A stretch of 35,863 bases of DNA from a virus. The position numbers and the translations under genes are program-made. This document shows positions 17,500 through 28,303 of the stretch, one piece after another. Where the stretch lies: UHGV virus genome UHGV-0129071. One strand, given 5' to 3'. Positions within the stretch are counted from its first letter, which is position 1; every line of letters begins with the position of its first letter. Under the pieces are notes generated by a model. That model searched no databases. It saw only the letters and a program-made list of their open reading frames with translations, and was not told the origin of the DNA.

Positions 17500-17726
17500 C
17501 GGCAGTACAGCGAAACAACCCAAGCCAGTAAGTGGGGAAATAACACTGGCAGCCACTGAAAGATGAACCTCCAGCCTTATGGCAAAAAAGATTCTTTGTG
17601 GTGGCGGACTGATGGAAAGACATCGGTTATTGCAGAGGCCATTCAATGAGTGGTCTCGACAATGGCTTATACCCTACACGGGATAACTTAACTGATATCC
17701 CTTTTAACGGATAAACGGAGCCAACA

Positions 17727-17969
17727 ATGGCAGAGATTATTCCCATGACTGAAGAACAGAAATTCCAGTTAGAGATTTACAAACTGGTCATGAACCAGAA
17801 CGCAGCCGCAGAAGAAGCATTTCAGTTCATTGGCACTGACGAGCTGAAGCTTGAGTTATTCAAAATTCACTTCCAGTCAGGCGGCGCTAATTCAGATATC
17901 ACGACCCGCACTATCGAAGCGGTGCGTAAATCGAAGGAAGCGTTAGACCTGTTCACTACCGGAGCATAA
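17727..17969 (+). CDS. hypothetical protein (80 aa)
   Basis: ORF with GGAG SD upstream; between rha and small terminase. Confidence 0.4.
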   Translation: MAEIIPMTEEQKFQLEIYKLVMNQNAAAEEAFQFIGTDELKLELFKIHFQSGGANSDITTRTIEAVRKSKEALDLFTTGA

Positions 17970-18048
17970 ACATGGCAACTCAAGGTTTCGACAACCCATC
18001 CAAATTCCGCGATGAATGGGATAAGCAAGCAGAAGGGAAATAATCAAT

Positions 18049-18474
18049 ATGGCGACTGAGAAAAAGAACGTCGGTCGCCCTTCGGATTACCTGCCGGAGG
18101 TGGCTGATGATATCTGTGCGCTGCTTGCCTCCGGGGAAAGTCTGGTTAAGGTTTGCAAGCGCCCCGGCATGCCAGCAAAGGCTACTGTATTTCGCTGGCT
18201 GTCAGAGCATGACGAATTTAGAGACAAGTACGCGAAGGCAACTGAGGCACGAGCTGATTCTATTTTCGAAGAGATATTCGAAATTGCTGACAATGCGATT
18301 CCAGATGCTGCTGAGGTGGCAAAGGCAAGACTTCGCGTTGATACCCGCAAATGGGCGCTGGCCCGAATGAATCCACGTAAGTATGGCGACAAGGTAACTA
18401 ATGAGCTTGTCGGCAAAGACGGCGGCGCAATCCAGATTGAAACATCACCGATGAGCACTCTATTCGGAAAATGA
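18049..18474 (+). CDS. terminase small subunit (Sf6 gp1-type)
   Basis: 141-aa ORF MATEKKNVGRPSDYLPEVADDICALLASGESLVKVCKRPGMP... matches recalled Sf6 small terminase; directly upstream of TerL. Confidence 0.8.
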   Translation: MATEKKNVGRPSDYLPEVADDICALLASGESLVKVCKRPGMPAKATVFRWLSEHDEFRDKYAKATEARADSIFEEIFEIADNAIPDAAEVAKARLRVDTRKWALARMNPRKYGDKVTNELVGKDGGAIQIETSPMSTLFGK

Positions 18475-19886
18475 CCTCGATTAATCCTATCTTTGAACCG
18501 TTCATTGAGGCGCATCGCTACAAAGTCGCTAAAGGCGGTCGAGGTAGCGGTAAATCATGGGCAATTGCGAGGCTGCTTGTTGAAGCGGCGCGTCGGCAGC
18601 CGGTGCGCATCCTCTGTGCTCGTGAACTGCAAAACAGTATCAGTGATTCGGTAATCCGGTTGCTTGAAGACACTATCGAGCGTGAAGGGTATTCGGCTGA
18701 GTTTGAAATTCAGCGTTCAATGATTCGTCATCTCGGAACGAATGCTGAATTCATGTTCTACGGCATCAAAAACAACCCTACGAAGATTAAATCGCTCGAA
18801 GGTATTGATATCTGCTGGGTGGAAGAAGCGGAGGCGGTAACGAAGGAATCGTGGGATATTCTGATACCAACCATTCGCAAGCCGTTTTCCGAAATATGGG
18901 TGAGCTTCAACCCGAAAAACATCCTCGACGATACCTATCAGCGATTCGTTGTAAATCCTCCCGATGATATTTGTCTGCTGACGGTGAACTACACCGACAA
19001 CCCGCATTTTCCTGAAGTTCTCCGTCTGGAGATGGAAGAGTGTAAACGCAGAAATCCGACACTGTATCGTCACATCTGGCTTGGTGAGCCAGTAAGCGCA
19101 AGTGATATGGCAATCATCAAACGTGAATGGCTTGAAGCCGCAACCGATGCGCACAAGAAACTCGGATGGAAAGCGAAAGGCGCGGTTGTTTCTGCACATG
19201 ACCCGTCAGATACAGGGCCAGATGCTAAAGGTTACGCATCGCGTCACGGTTCGGTGGTTAAGCGCATTGCCGAAGGTCTGCTGATGGACATCAACGATGG
19301 TGCTGACTGGGCTACTTCGCTGGCTATTAAAGACGGCGCTGACCATTACCTGTGGGATGGTGATGGTGTTGGTGCCGGGCTACGCAGACAGACAACGGAA
19401 GCGTTCTCCGGTAAGAAAATCACCGCCACGATGTTCAAGGGCAGCGAATCGCCATTCGATGAAGATGCGCCATATCAGGCCGGAGCATGGGCTGATGAAG
19501 TCGTACAGGGCGACAATGTTCGCACTATTGGCGATGTATTCCGCAATAAGCGAGCGCAATTCTATTACGCGCTGGCTGACAGGCTGTATCTGACATATCG
19601 GGCGGTTGTTCACGGTGAGTATGCAGACCCCGACGACATGCTGAGTTTCGATAAAGAAGCGATAGGCGAGAATATGCTGGAGAAGCTGTTTGCAGAACTG
19701 ACGCAGATTCAGCGCAAATTCAATAACAACGGGAAGCTGGAGCTAATGACTAAGGTCGAAATGAAGCAGAAGCTCGGTATTCCATCTCCCAACCTGGCTG
19801 ATGCTCTGATGATGTGTATGCATTGCCCGGAGTCGGCTGCGCAACCCGACTATTCCAGTTACTCAATTCCTTGTGGTGTAGGTTGA
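18471..19886 (+). CDS. terminase large subunit
   Basis: 471 aa; Walker A-like KGGRGSGKSWA near N-terminus, C-terminal nuclease-like region; ATGA overlap with TerS. Confidence 0.9.
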   Translation: MTSINPIFEPFIEAHRYKVAKGGRGSGKSWAIARLLVEAARRQPVRILCARELQNSISDSVIRLLEDTIEREGYSAEFEIQRSMIRHLGTNAEFMFYGIKNNPTKIKSLEGIDICWVEEAEAVTKESWDILIPTIRKPFSEIWVSFNPKNILDDTYQRFVVNPPDDICLLTVNYTDNPHFPEVLRLEMEECKRRNPTLYRHIWLGEPVSASDMAIIKREWLEAATDAHKKLGWKAKGAVVSAHDPSDTGPDAKGYASRHGSVVKRIAEGLLMDINDGADWATSLAIKDGADHYLWDGDGVGAGLRRQTTEAFSGKKITATMFKGSESPFDEDAPYQAGAWADEVVQGDNVRTIGDVFRNKRAQFYYALADRLYLTYRAVVHGEYADPDDMLSFDKEAIGENMLEKLFAELTQIQRKFNNNGKLELMTKVEMKQKLGIPSPNLADALMMCMHCPESAAQPDYSSYSIPCGVG

Positions 19887-19887
19887 T

Positions 19888-22086
19888 ATGGCAGAAAAAA
19901 AGATGACTGACTGGCATCGCAAGGTGCTATGCAACTTTGATAATGCCTGGTCAGCAACGCAGGATATGCGTGAGCAGATTATTGAGGCTCAACGTTTCGT
20001 CCGGGTATCCGGCGCACAGTGGGAAGGCAGCACAAACGCTGGTTACTCATTTGATGAAGGCAGGTTTGAGCATTATCCGCGTTTTGAACTGAATAAGATT
20101 GCCCGTGAATGTGATCGCATCATTGGCGAGTATCGACAGAATCGCATCAGCGTTAAATTCAGGCCGAAGGATGACAAGGCATCGGAAGCGTTAGCCGAAA
20201 AGATGAACGGCAAATTCCGCGCTGACTATCAGGAAACATCCGGTGGCGAAGCGTGTGATAACGCATTTGATGATGCTGTAACGGGCGGATTCGGTTGTTT
20301 CCGCATGTGTGCCGATTACGAAGATGAAATGGATCCGAGTAACGAGCAGCGCCGCATCAGCCTTCTTCCTGTTTACGACCCAGCGACATGCGTATTCTTC
20401 GATCAGGACAGCAAGCAATATGACCGCTCTGATGCTATGTGGGCTATGGAAATGTTCTCCATGACGCCTAAAGCGTTCGAGGCTGAATACCCTGATTCCA
20501 TCGCGGCAAGTCTTTCTCGTGATGACACTGGTACTCAGTATGACTGGTCAACGCCTGACGCTATCTATGTTGGACGTTACTACGAAGTCCGCATAGAGAA
20601 GGTGAAGCTCACAGCATGGCGTAACCCTGTCAGCGGAGAAACGGCAATCTATGATGAAGAGCAAATCAAAGATATTGTCGACGAGCTGACCGATGGTGCA
20701 TTCGAACTGATTGGCGAGCGAACGGTGAAGAAACGCCGAGTTTATTGCGGTCTTCTGTCTGGCGCTGAATGGCTGGAAGAACCTAAGCGTATTCCGGGCG
20801 AACATATTCCTCTCATCCCGGTATATGGGCGTCGTTCATTTGTTGATAATCAGGAGCGAATCGAAGGCCACGCAGCAAAAGCGATGGATGCACAGCGTCT
20901 TGAGAACCTGATGGTTTCCATGATTGCAGATAACGCTACTCAGGCTGGCGGTGATGGCATTCCTGTAGTTGATGTTGACATGATTCCTGGTCCTCTTGCC
21001 ACTCATTGGGCGGAGCGCAACAAAAAGCGCCCGGCGTTCCTGCCGATGGTCAGTCTGAAAAACAAAAACGGAGATATTACTGCGCAGGCTCAGGTCAGCA
21101 GTTATACACCTCCGACACAAATGCCTCCTGCTCTTGCCGGGCTATTGCAGTACACCGGAACGGCTATTCAGCAAATTACAGGTGCGTCGCAGCTTGAGAA
21201 CATGCCGAGCAACGTCGCTACCGATACCGTTGATAGCATCTTTAACCGGATGGACACGCAGTCCTATATCTACATGGACAACATGGCTAAATCCATGCGC
21301 CGCGCTGGCGTCGTGTGGCTTTCTATGGCTCGTGAAGTCTATGGCAGCGATACGCCAATGCGCATCGTTAATGAGGATGGCAGCGATGACGTGGCGCTGA
21401 TGACTGGTGAAGTGGTTGACCGTCAGACAGGGCAGGTTATCGCGCTTAACGACCTTTCGCAGGGTAACTATGAAGTGACTGTCGATGTCGGTCAGTCGTT
21501 CGCTACTCGCCGTGATGCAACGGTTAAGTCGTTACTTTCCATGCTGGCACTTATCCCACCAGGAACGCCGAAGCACGACCTTGTATCGTCGATGATTCTC
21601 GACAATATGGACGGCGAAGGGATGGACGACCTTAAAGAATACAACCGCAATCAGTTGCTTCTGTCTGGCGTTATCAAGCCGAGAACGCCTGAAGAACAGC
21701 AGATGGTTGAACAGGCGAAACAACAACAGGCCAGTCAGCCAGATCCGGCTATGGTTGCAGCGCAAGGTCAGCTTCTTGCTGGTCAGGCTGAATTGCAGAA
21801 AGCGCAGAACGAACAGGCAGCCATTCAGGTTAAAGCATTCCAGGCACAGACTGATGCTCAGGTTGCAGCGGCAAACGTTGTGAAAATCCTCGCATCTGCT
21901 GATAGCCAGCAGAAATCTGATATCCGCGAGGCTCTGAAACTGCTCGGACAGTTCCAGCAACAGCAAGGAGACAATGCCCGTGCTGATGCAGAGCTTGTCC
22001 TGAAAAGTCAGGCACAGGGCCATGCGCAGCGCATGGACATCAGCAGTATCCTGCAAAAATCAACTCAGCAACAACCACAGCAGTAA
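19888..22086 (+). CDS. portal protein (P22 gp1-type with long C-terminal helical barrel)
   Basis: 732 aa; C-terminal Q/A-rich helix (PEEQQMVEQAKQQQASQPDPAMVAAQGQLLAGQAELQKAQNEQ...) as in P22 portal. Confidence 0.9.
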   Translation: MAEKKMTDWHRKVLCNFDNAWSATQDMREQIIEAQRFVRVSGAQWEGSTNAGYSFDEGRFEHYPRFELNKIARECDRIIGEYRQNRISVKFRPKDDKASEALAEKMNGKFRADYQETSGGEACDNAFDDAVTGGFGCFRMCADYEDEMDPSNEQRRISLLPVYDPATCVFFDQDSKQYDRSDAMWAMEMFSMTPKAFEAEYPDSIAASLSRDDTGTQYDWSTPDAIYVGRYYEVRIEKVKLTAWRNPVSGETAIYDEEQIKDIVDELTDGAFELIGERTVKKRRVYCGLLSGAEWLEEPKRIPGEHIPLIPVYGRRSFVDNQERIEGHAAKAMDAQRLENLMVSMIADNATQAGGDGIPVVDVDMIPGPLATHWAERNKKRPAFLPMVSLKNKNGDITAQAQVSSYTPPTQMPPALAGLLQYTGTAIQQITGASQLENMPSNVATDTVDSIFNRMDTQSYIYMDNMAKSMRRAGVVWLSMAREVYGSDTPMRIVNEDGSDDVALMTGEVVDRQTGQVIALNDLSQGNYEVTVDVGQSFATRRDATVKSLLSMLALIPPGTPKHDLVSSMILDNMDGEGMDDLKEYNRNQLLLSGVIKPRTPEEQQMVEQAKQQQASQPDPAMVAAQGQLLAGQAELQKAQNEQAAIQVKAFQAQTDAQVAAANVVKILASADSQQKSDIREALKLLGQFQQQQGDNARADAELVLKSQAQGHAQRMDISSILQKSTQQQPQQ

Positions 22087-22176
22087 TTAACCCATAACGT
22101 GCAATGGCTGTCTTTATGAGGCCTGGCACCCTATTGCCTTCCGATGGGCTGAACATCGAGTAAACAGGGGTAACAA

Positions 22177-23070
22177 ATGGACCAGATGGCAGAAAACACA
22201 CCAGAAGTTGAAATCGAAACCGACGCGTCAGAGCAGATTCCTGATGATGTCGAACTGGCTGAAGAAGTCGAAACAGAAGATGGCAGTGAGTCCTCCGGCA
22301 ATGATGCAGAGGAAACTACTGAAACTGATGACGACGAATCAGAGCAGGAATTCTACTTTGGTGACGAAAAGCTGGATTCGCCAACCAGCGAAGATAGCGC
22401 AGAGCATGGACTGGTAAAACACCTGCGCAAGACGATTAAAGAGAAAGACCGCGAGCTGAAAGAGCTGATGCGTCAGTCTCAGAAACCCGTCGAGCAGCAG
22501 CCGGTAATCACTCAACCACCGCGAATGCCAAAACTGGACGATGAGGACATCGGTTTCGATGAAGAAATCTACCAGCAACGCATGGCTAAGTGGGCAGAGG
22601 ATAACGGCAAGTACCAGCAACAGGAGATGGCTCGCAAGCAGAAGGAGCAGGAGCTTCAGGCTGCCTATCAAGAGCGATTATCCAAATATCAGCAACGTGT
22701 TAAGGCTCTCAAAGTTCCTGGCTATCAGGAAGCTGAGCAGGCCGTACTCGAGGAAATTCCCATCGAGACACAAAACGCGATCCTGTTTGAGTCAGAGAAG
22801 CCGGAAATCGTTGTTCTGGCGCTCGGTCGCAACGCTGAACTGCGCAAGCAACTGGCAGAAGCTACCAACCCCGTAGCAATTGGTCGTCTGCTGGAACGTA
22901 TCGAATCGAAGGCCAGAATCATGCCAAAAGCAAAAACCACGGCAGCCACAACCCCGACAGTTAAGGGGAGCAACGGCGCAGTAATCAATAACCTAGACAA
23001 ACTGAAAGCCAAGGCGCTGGAAACTGGTGACTGGACGCCGTATTTCGCCGCTAAAAAGGCAAAAAAATAA
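22177..23070 (+). CDS. scaffolding protein
   Basis: 297 aa, highly acidic N-terminus, helical, basic C-terminal coat-binding tail; between portal and coat. Confidence 0.8.
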   Translation: MDQMAENTPEVEIETDASEQIPDDVELAEEVETEDGSESSGNDAEETTETDDDESEQEFYFGDEKLDSPTSEDSAEHGLVKHLRKTIKEKDRELKELMRQSQKPVEQQPVITQPPRMPKLDDEDIGFDEEIYQQRMAKWAEDNGKYQQQEMARKQKEQELQAAYQERLSKYQQRVKALKVPGYQEAEQAVLEEIPIETQNAILFESEKPEIVVLALGRNAELRKQLAEATNPVAIGRLLERIESKARIMPKAKTTAATTPTVKGSNGAVINNLDKLKAKALETGDWTPYFAAKKAKK

Positions 23071-23088
23071 CCTATCGGAGCATTAAGC

Positions 23089-24342
23089 ATGGCTAACCAA
23101 TTAGCAAAAGACCTTGAAATCATGTTCGAAAACTACGTTGAAGGCTTTGAGGCCGCCTGCGTAGTTTCCCGTAACGCTAAAAAATTCCGTCCCGGTGATA
23201 CAGCAATGCAGCGAGCAGGTGATGTTCTGTATCGTCCGCAGCATTACCACATGAACATTGAGGAAGGCCTCGACCTCAGCGGAAAAACGCCTACAGCACT
23301 GGTTCAGCGCCTTGTTCCTTCTGTGTTCAAGGAGCCGAAAAACATTCTGTACACTCTGGATGCGCGTGAAATGCGTGACCCGGAACATAAAACTGAAGCT
23401 GGTCGCGCCGCAGGTATGCGCCTTGCTGCACAGATTGACTCTGACCTGATTTCCATGGTTACGCAGCGTGCTACTAACGTGATCACGATGGCTGACTCAA
23501 CCACAGGTTCACAGGGCCGTGATTTGTGGAACTGTGCGGCAGGTATTGATGCCACCATGACGGCGATTGGTGTACCACAGGGTATCAACCGCCGCTCTTT
23601 CTGGAACCCCTTCAACTACAAAGACCTTGCTGGCGAGCTTGGTCACCGTGCCTATGCTCAGGGCGCAACCCTGACAGCATACGAAAAAGCGCAGATCCCT
23701 CCGGTTGCTTCCTTTGATAGCTACAAGACCGATATTTCTGGTCGTGTTCCGAAGGGTACAGCAACTCCCATTACGCTGGCAGCAGCACCTGCGCACAAGG
23801 TTGAAGCGAAAGATGCCAACGATATGCCAGTGGATAACCGACAGGGGACCATTACGGTATCTGCATCTGGTTTGCAGGTTGGCGATGCGTTCACTATTGC
23901 TGGCGTGAATTCCGTACACCAGATCACCAAAGATACCACCGGGCAGCCGCAGGTATTCCGCGTTCTGGCAGTAAGCGGAACGACAGTAACTATCTCCCCG
24001 AAAATTCTGCCGCCTGACAACGCGGATGTCGCCAGCCGACCATATGCAAACGTTGATGCTAACGCGGCAAGTAGCGCAGCAATCACCATTCTCAACAAAA
24101 ATGCCGCACCGGCTAACCTGTTCTGGGCTGATGGTTCTGTTGAACTGATGTACGGCAAACTGGCGTTCCCAACTGGTCAGGGGCCACAGGTAATGACGGC
24201 AACCACCGAGCAGGGCGCTACGCTGATCATGTCTTACGCCTTCGACCACATCAAAGGCGTAACCACTGCTCGTTTCACCACTCTGTACGGTTGCTCTGTA
24301 CTGGTTCCTGAATATACGGGCATCGTTATTGCCGGGCAGTAA
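23089..24342 (+). CDS. major coat protein (P22 gp5 / Sf6-type)
   Basis: 417-aa ORF after scaffold, followed by strong terminator hairpin; sequence recalled as Sf6/P22-like coat. Confidence 0.85.
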   Translation: MANQLAKDLEIMFENYVEGFEAACVVSRNAKKFRPGDTAMQRAGDVLYRPQHYHMNIEEGLDLSGKTPTALVQRLVPSVFKEPKNILYTLDAREMRDPEHKTEAGRAAGMRLAAQIDSDLISMVTQRATNVITMADSTTGSQGRDLWNCAAGIDATMTAIGVPQGINRRSFWNPFNYKDLAGELGHRAYAQGATLTAYEKAQIPPVASFDSYKTDISGRVPKGTATPITLAAAPAHKVEAKDANDMPVDNRQGTITVSASGLQVGDAFTIAGVNSVHQITKDTTGQPQVFRVLAVSGTTVTISPKILPPDNADVASRPYANVDANAASSAAITILNKNAAPANLFWADGSVELMYGKLAFPTGQGPQVMTATTEQGATLIMSYAFDHIKGVTTARFTTLYGCSVLVPEYTGIVIAGQ

Positions 24343-24349
24343 TTTTGGT

Positions 24350-24372
24350 GGGGCTTCGGCCCCATTTTTATT
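24350..24372 (+). terminator. rho-independent terminator after coat gene
   Basis: GGGGC-TTCG-GCCCC hairpin followed by ATTTTTATT. Confidence 0.6.
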
Positions 24373-24383
24373 GGGAGAAGACA

Positions 24384-24572
24384 ATGGCACGAACAATGCT
24401 CTATAAGCCTGGCAACATGATCACCTGTGGTCAGTTTGCTGTCGATTACATCATTGTTGATGACGAAGAAGTTAAATCTCACCTGAAAAAAGGTTGGGTA
24501 AAAACTCCTGAAGAAACCGCAACGAAGCAAAAAGTGGCTAAGGCGGAAGAAGATGGCGAAAACGAAGGGTGA
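24384..24572 (+). CDS. hypothetical small protein (62 aa)
   Basis: ATG 24384 with GGGAGAAG SD (track start 24345 lacks SD); acidic C-terminus. Confidence 0.4.
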   Translation: MARTMLYKPGNMITCGQFAVDYIIVDDEEVKSHLKKGWVKTPEETATKQKVAKAEEDGENEG

Positions 24573-25014
24573 TCTCGTTCTAAAGGCTTTACGAAAAGCC
24601 GGGCTGTATTCCAATGCCACGTTGACAGATGCTGACCCTCAGGCAATTGAAGATGCCATTAATGACCTCGAAGACATGATGGCAGCATGGCAGGCTAAAG
24701 GTATCGAGCTTGGATATCAGTTTGCTGATACAGAAAACGGCATCATGCCGTTACCTGACGATGATTCAGGTATCCCTGCATGGGCAAATGATGGCGTCGC
24801 TTTGAAACTCGCTGTGCAAGTGTGCATGGATAACGTCATTCAGCCGTCAGACGCTCTCCTTACCGCTGCTGACAGTGCATATCAGACAATCTGTATCGCT
24901 TTAACCAAAATACCACCACTTGAGCGGCGAAATGATATGCCTCGCGGTAGTGGTAACAAAAGCGCGTTTGCGTGGAATCGGTTTTACATCGAGAAAGATG
25001 ATCCGAGTACGTGA
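24553..25014 (+). CDS. head-to-tail adaptor / head completion protein (P22 gp4-like)
   Basis: 153-aa ORF in gp4 position and size class. Confidence 0.65.
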   Translation: MAKTKGDLVLKALRKAGLYSNATLTDADPQAIEDAINDLEDMMAAWQAKGIELGYQFADTENGIMPLPDDDSGIPAWANDGVALKLAVQVCMDNVIQPSDALLTAADSAYQTICIALTKIPPLERRNDMPRGSGNKSAFAWNRFYIEKDDPST

Positions 25015-25023
25015 GGTGAATAA

Positions 25024-26442
25024 ATGCCGATTCAGCAACTTCCGCTTATGAAAGGTGTCGGCAAAGACTTCCGAAACGCCGACTATATCGACTATCTGCC
25101 AGTGAATATGTTGGCTACACCAAAAGAAATCCTTAACAGCAGCGGATATCTTCGCTCATTCCCGGGCATTGCCAAACGTTCTGATGTGAACGGCGTATCG
25201 CGTGGCGTCGAGTACAACATGGCGCAGAATGCTGTTTATCGCGTGTGTGGTGGCAAGCTGTACAAAGGCGAAAGTGAAGTCGGTGATGTTGCCGGAAGTG
25301 GTCGCGTATCAATGGCGCATGGTCGGACATCACAGGCGGTAGGCGTTAATGGTCAACTGGTCGAGTATCGCTATGATGGCACGGTTAAAACCGTCTCAAA
25401 CTGGCCTACAGACAGCGGATTCACGCAGTATGAGTTAGGCTCAGTACGCGACATTACGCGCTTACGTGGGCGTTATGCGTGGTCAAAAGACGGCACTGAT
25501 TCATGGTTTATCACTGACCCTGAAGACGAATCACATCCTGACCGATACAGCGCACAATATCGCGCAGAATCGCAGCCTGACGGCATCATCGGCATCGGAA
25601 CATGGCGAGACTTCATCGTCTGCTTTGGTTCATCGACGATTGAATATTTCTCCCTGACTGGTGCAACTACCGTTGGTGCCGCTTTGTATGTCGCACAGCC
25701 ATCGCTGATGGTGCAGAAAGGTATTGCCGGAACTTACTGCAAAACGCCGTTTGCTGATTCGTATGCGTTCATCAGCAATCCGGCAACGGGTGCGCCGTCT
25801 GTATACATCATCGGCTCCGGTCAGGTATCACCAATCGCCAGCGCGAGCATTGAGAAAATACTACGCTCCTACACTGCTGATGAACTGGCTGATGGCGTGA
25901 TGGAATCGTTGCGGTTTGATGCTCATGAGTTGCTGATTATTCACCTGCCGCGCCATGTTCTTGTTTACGACGCATCTTCAAGCGCCAATGGTCCGCAATG
26001 GTGCGTACTGAAAACAGGCCTGTATGACGATGTGTACCGCGCTATCGACTTCATTTACGAAGGCAATCAGATAACGTGCGGCGATAAGCTGGAGTCCGTG
26101 ACCGGAAAATTGCAGTTCGACATCAGCAGCCAGTATGGGCTACAGCAAGAACACCTGCTGTTTACTCCGTTGTTCAAAGCAGATAACGCCAGAGTTTTCG
26201 ACCTTGAGGTTGAATCGTCAACTGGCGTTGCACAGTACGCCGACCGCCTGTTCCTCTCAGCAACCACTGACGGCATCAATTACGGTCGTGAGCAGATGAT
26301 TGAACAGAATGAACCGTTCGTTTACGACAAGCGTGTTTTGTGGAAGCGAGTAGGGCGCATCAGGAAAAATGTCGGCTTCAAATTGCGCGTTATCACGAAG
26401 TCACCTGTCACTCTGTCTGGTTGCCAGATAAGGATTGAGTAA
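25024..26442 (+). CDS. tail hub protein (P22 gp10-like)
   Basis: 472 aa, same length and position as P22 gp10. Confidence 0.8.
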   Translation: MPIQQLPLMKGVGKDFRNADYIDYLPVNMLATPKEILNSSGYLRSFPGIAKRSDVNGVSRGVEYNMAQNAVYRVCGGKLYKGESEVGDVAGSGRVSMAHGRTSQAVGVNGQLVEYRYDGTVKTVSNWPTDSGFTQYELGSVRDITRLRGRYAWSKDGTDSWFITDPEDESHPDRYSAQYRAESQPDGIIGIGTWRDFIVCFGSSTIEYFSLTGATTVGAALYVAQPSLMVQKGIAGTYCKTPFADSYAFISNPATGAPSVYIIGSGQVSPIASASIEKILRSYTADELADGVMESLRFDAHELLIIHLPRHVLVYDASSSANGPQWCVLKTGLYDDVYRAIDFIYEGNQITCGDKLESVTGKLQFDISSQYGLQQEHLLFTPLFKADNARVFDLEVESSTGVAQYADRLFLSATTDGINYGREQMIEQNEPFVYDKRVLWKRVGRIRKNVGFKLRVITKSPVTLSGCQIRIE

Positions 26443-27143
26443 TGGCTGATTCGAATCTCAATGAGCCGGTAACAATTCAGGCTACACGACTCGATACATC
26501 AATCCTTCCACGCAATATATTCAGCCAGTCTTACCTGTTGTATGTCATTAATCAGGGGGCTGATGTCGGCGCAATTGCCGGGAAGGCAAATCAGGCTGGT
26601 CAGGGCGCTTACGATGCTCAGGTGAAAAACGATGAACAGGACGTCGAACTGGCTGATCACGACGCAAGAATCACCGCAAACACAAAAGCGATAAATCTAC
26701 TTGAGGTCAGGTTAACAACCGCCGAAGGGAAGATAGTCGTACTGCGTAGCGATGTTGATTACTTGCTGGATGAGGTTATCGATATTCAGGCGCATCTGGT
26801 CACTGTTGACCAAAGACTGGATGGCGTAGAAAGCGATGTATCTGACATTAAGAGTGATTACGTATCGAAAACCGTAACCGAATCGCAGTCTCTTGCGTCA
26901 CCGCTGGATGTAAAAACATCATATTCAGTTGATGGAATTCAGGTTGTTGGAGCAAGAAATACCGGATGGACTACAGCCACAGGTACGCCACTTCTTGGCT
27001 CATTCAACGCTAACCAGTCATACACTGTCGGCACTACGTACACACAATCCGAAGTCGCAGCTCTCGCTACAGGTTTGCAGCAGGCGCGGCAGCGTATTCT
27101 GGCGCTTGAAACGGCACTTAGATTACATGGGCTGATTGACTGA
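26442..27143 (+). CDS. tail needle (P22 gp26-like trimeric coiled-coil plug)
   Basis: 233 aa; N-terminus [25 protein letters not shown]... and C-terminus ...LRLHGLID match recalled P22 gp26. Confidence 0.85.
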   Translation: MADSNLNEPVTIQATRLDTSILPRNIFSQSYLLYVINQGADVGAIAGKANQAGQGAYDAQVKNDEQDVELADHDARITANTKAINLLEVRLTTAEGKIVVLRSDVDYLLDEVIDIQAHLVTVDQRLDGVESDVSDIKSDYVSKTVTESQSLASPLDVKTSYSVDGIQVVGARNTGWTTATGTPLLGSFNANQSYTVGTTYTQSEVAALATGLQQARQRILALETALRLHGLID

Positions 27144-27598
27144 TGATTACATTCAAACCAACGCGAAACATCGACCTGATAGAAGCAGTCGGAAATCACC
27201 CTGACATTATCGCCGGGAGCAACAACGGTGATGGATACGACTACAAGCCTGAATGCCGTTACTTTGAGGTTAACGTGCACGGTCAGTTTGGCGGCATTGT
27301 TTACTATCAGGAGATTCAGCCGCTTACATTCGATTGCCACGCCATGTACCTGCCAGAGGTTCGTGGATTCAGCAAGGAAATCGGGCTGGCGTTCTGGCGA
27401 TACATTCTGACTAACACCACCGTTCAGTGCGTCACATCGTTCGCCGCACGCAAATTCCGCCACGGTCAGATGTATTGCGCAATGATTGGTCTTAAGCGTG
27501 TAGGAACCATCAAGAAATACTTCAAAGGCGTGGATGACGTGACGTTTTACAGCGCAACACGCGAAGAACTAATCGACTTCCTGAATCACGGGAGATAG
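27143..27598 (+). CDS. virion-associated protein (P22 gp14-position)
   Basis: 151-aa ORF between needle and ejection proteins. Confidence 0.55.
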   Translation: MITFKPTRNIDLIEAVGNHPDIIAGSNNGDGYDYKPECRYFEVNVHGQFGGIVYYQEIQPLTFDCHAMYLPEVRGFSKEIGLAFWRYILTNTTVQCVTSFAARKFRHGQMYCAMIGLKRVGTIKKYFKGVDDVTFYSATREELIDFLNHGR

Positions 27599-27600
27599 CC

Positions 27601-28293
27601 ATGTTATATGCATTTAAGCTGGGCAGAAAACTGCGCGGCGAGGAACCTTATTGCCCTGAAAAGGGTGGGAAAGGTGGCAGTTCTGATAAAAGCGCAAAGT
27701 ATGCAGCAGAAGCTCAGAAGTATGCCGCAGACCTGCAAAATCAGCAGTTCAACACCATCATGAATAACCTGAAGCCGTTTACTCCTCTGGCTGAGAAGTA
27801 TGTCGGCAGCATCGAGAACTTATCGTCTCTGGAGGGGCAAGGTCAGGCACTTAACCAGTATTACAACTCTCAGCAGTATAAAGACCTTGCAGGTCAGGCT
27901 CGCTATCAGAGTCTGGCGGCAGCGGAAGCAACAGGTGGATTGGGTTCCACCGCAACCAGTAATCAGTTAGCAACAATCGCACCAACGCTTGGTCAGCAAT
28001 GGCTATCTGGACAAATGAACAATTACAACAACCTGGCAAATATCGGTCTTGGCGCTCTTCAGGGGCAGGCAAACGCCGGGCAAACATATGCCAACAACAT
28101 GAGCCAGATTTCACAGCAAAGCGCGGCGCTGGCGGCTGCAAACGCCAACCGACCGTCAGCATTGCAGCAGGGTGTTAGTGGTGCTGCATCCGGTGCGCTT
28201 TTGGGTGGTGGCATAGCCAGTGCTCTCGAGCTATCAACTCCGTGGGGTGCTGGTATCGGTGCTGGTCTTGGTCTGCTTGGCTCGTTGTTTTAA
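27601..28293 (+). CDS. ejection protein (P22 gp7-like)
   Basis: 230 aa, Gly/Ala/Gln-rich C-terminus; first of three ejection protein genes. Confidence 0.7.
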   Translation: MLYAFKLGRKLRGEEPYCPEKGGKGGSSDKSAKYAAEAQKYAADLQNQQFNTIMNNLKPFTPLAEKYVGSIENLSSLEGQGQALNQYYNSQQYKDLAGQARYQSLAAAEATGGLGSTATSNQLATIAPTLGQQWLSGQMNNYNNLANIGLGALQGQANAGQTYANNMSQISQQSAALAAANANRPSALQQGVSGAASGALLGGGIASALELSTPWGAGIGAGLGLLGSLF

Positions 28294-28303
28294 GGGGTAA
28301 TCA

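Noticed and set aside
18087-19199. Minus-strand ORFs of 142 and 160 aa
   Set aside because: Antisense to the small and large terminase genes.
21532-22056. 174-aa minus-strand ORF
   Set aside because: Antisense to the portal gene C-terminus; Cys/Leu-rich composition typical of spurious frames.
23509-24396. 295-aa minus-strand ORF
   Set aside because: Antisense to the coat-protein gene; all surrounding genes are on the plus strand; no recognisable features.
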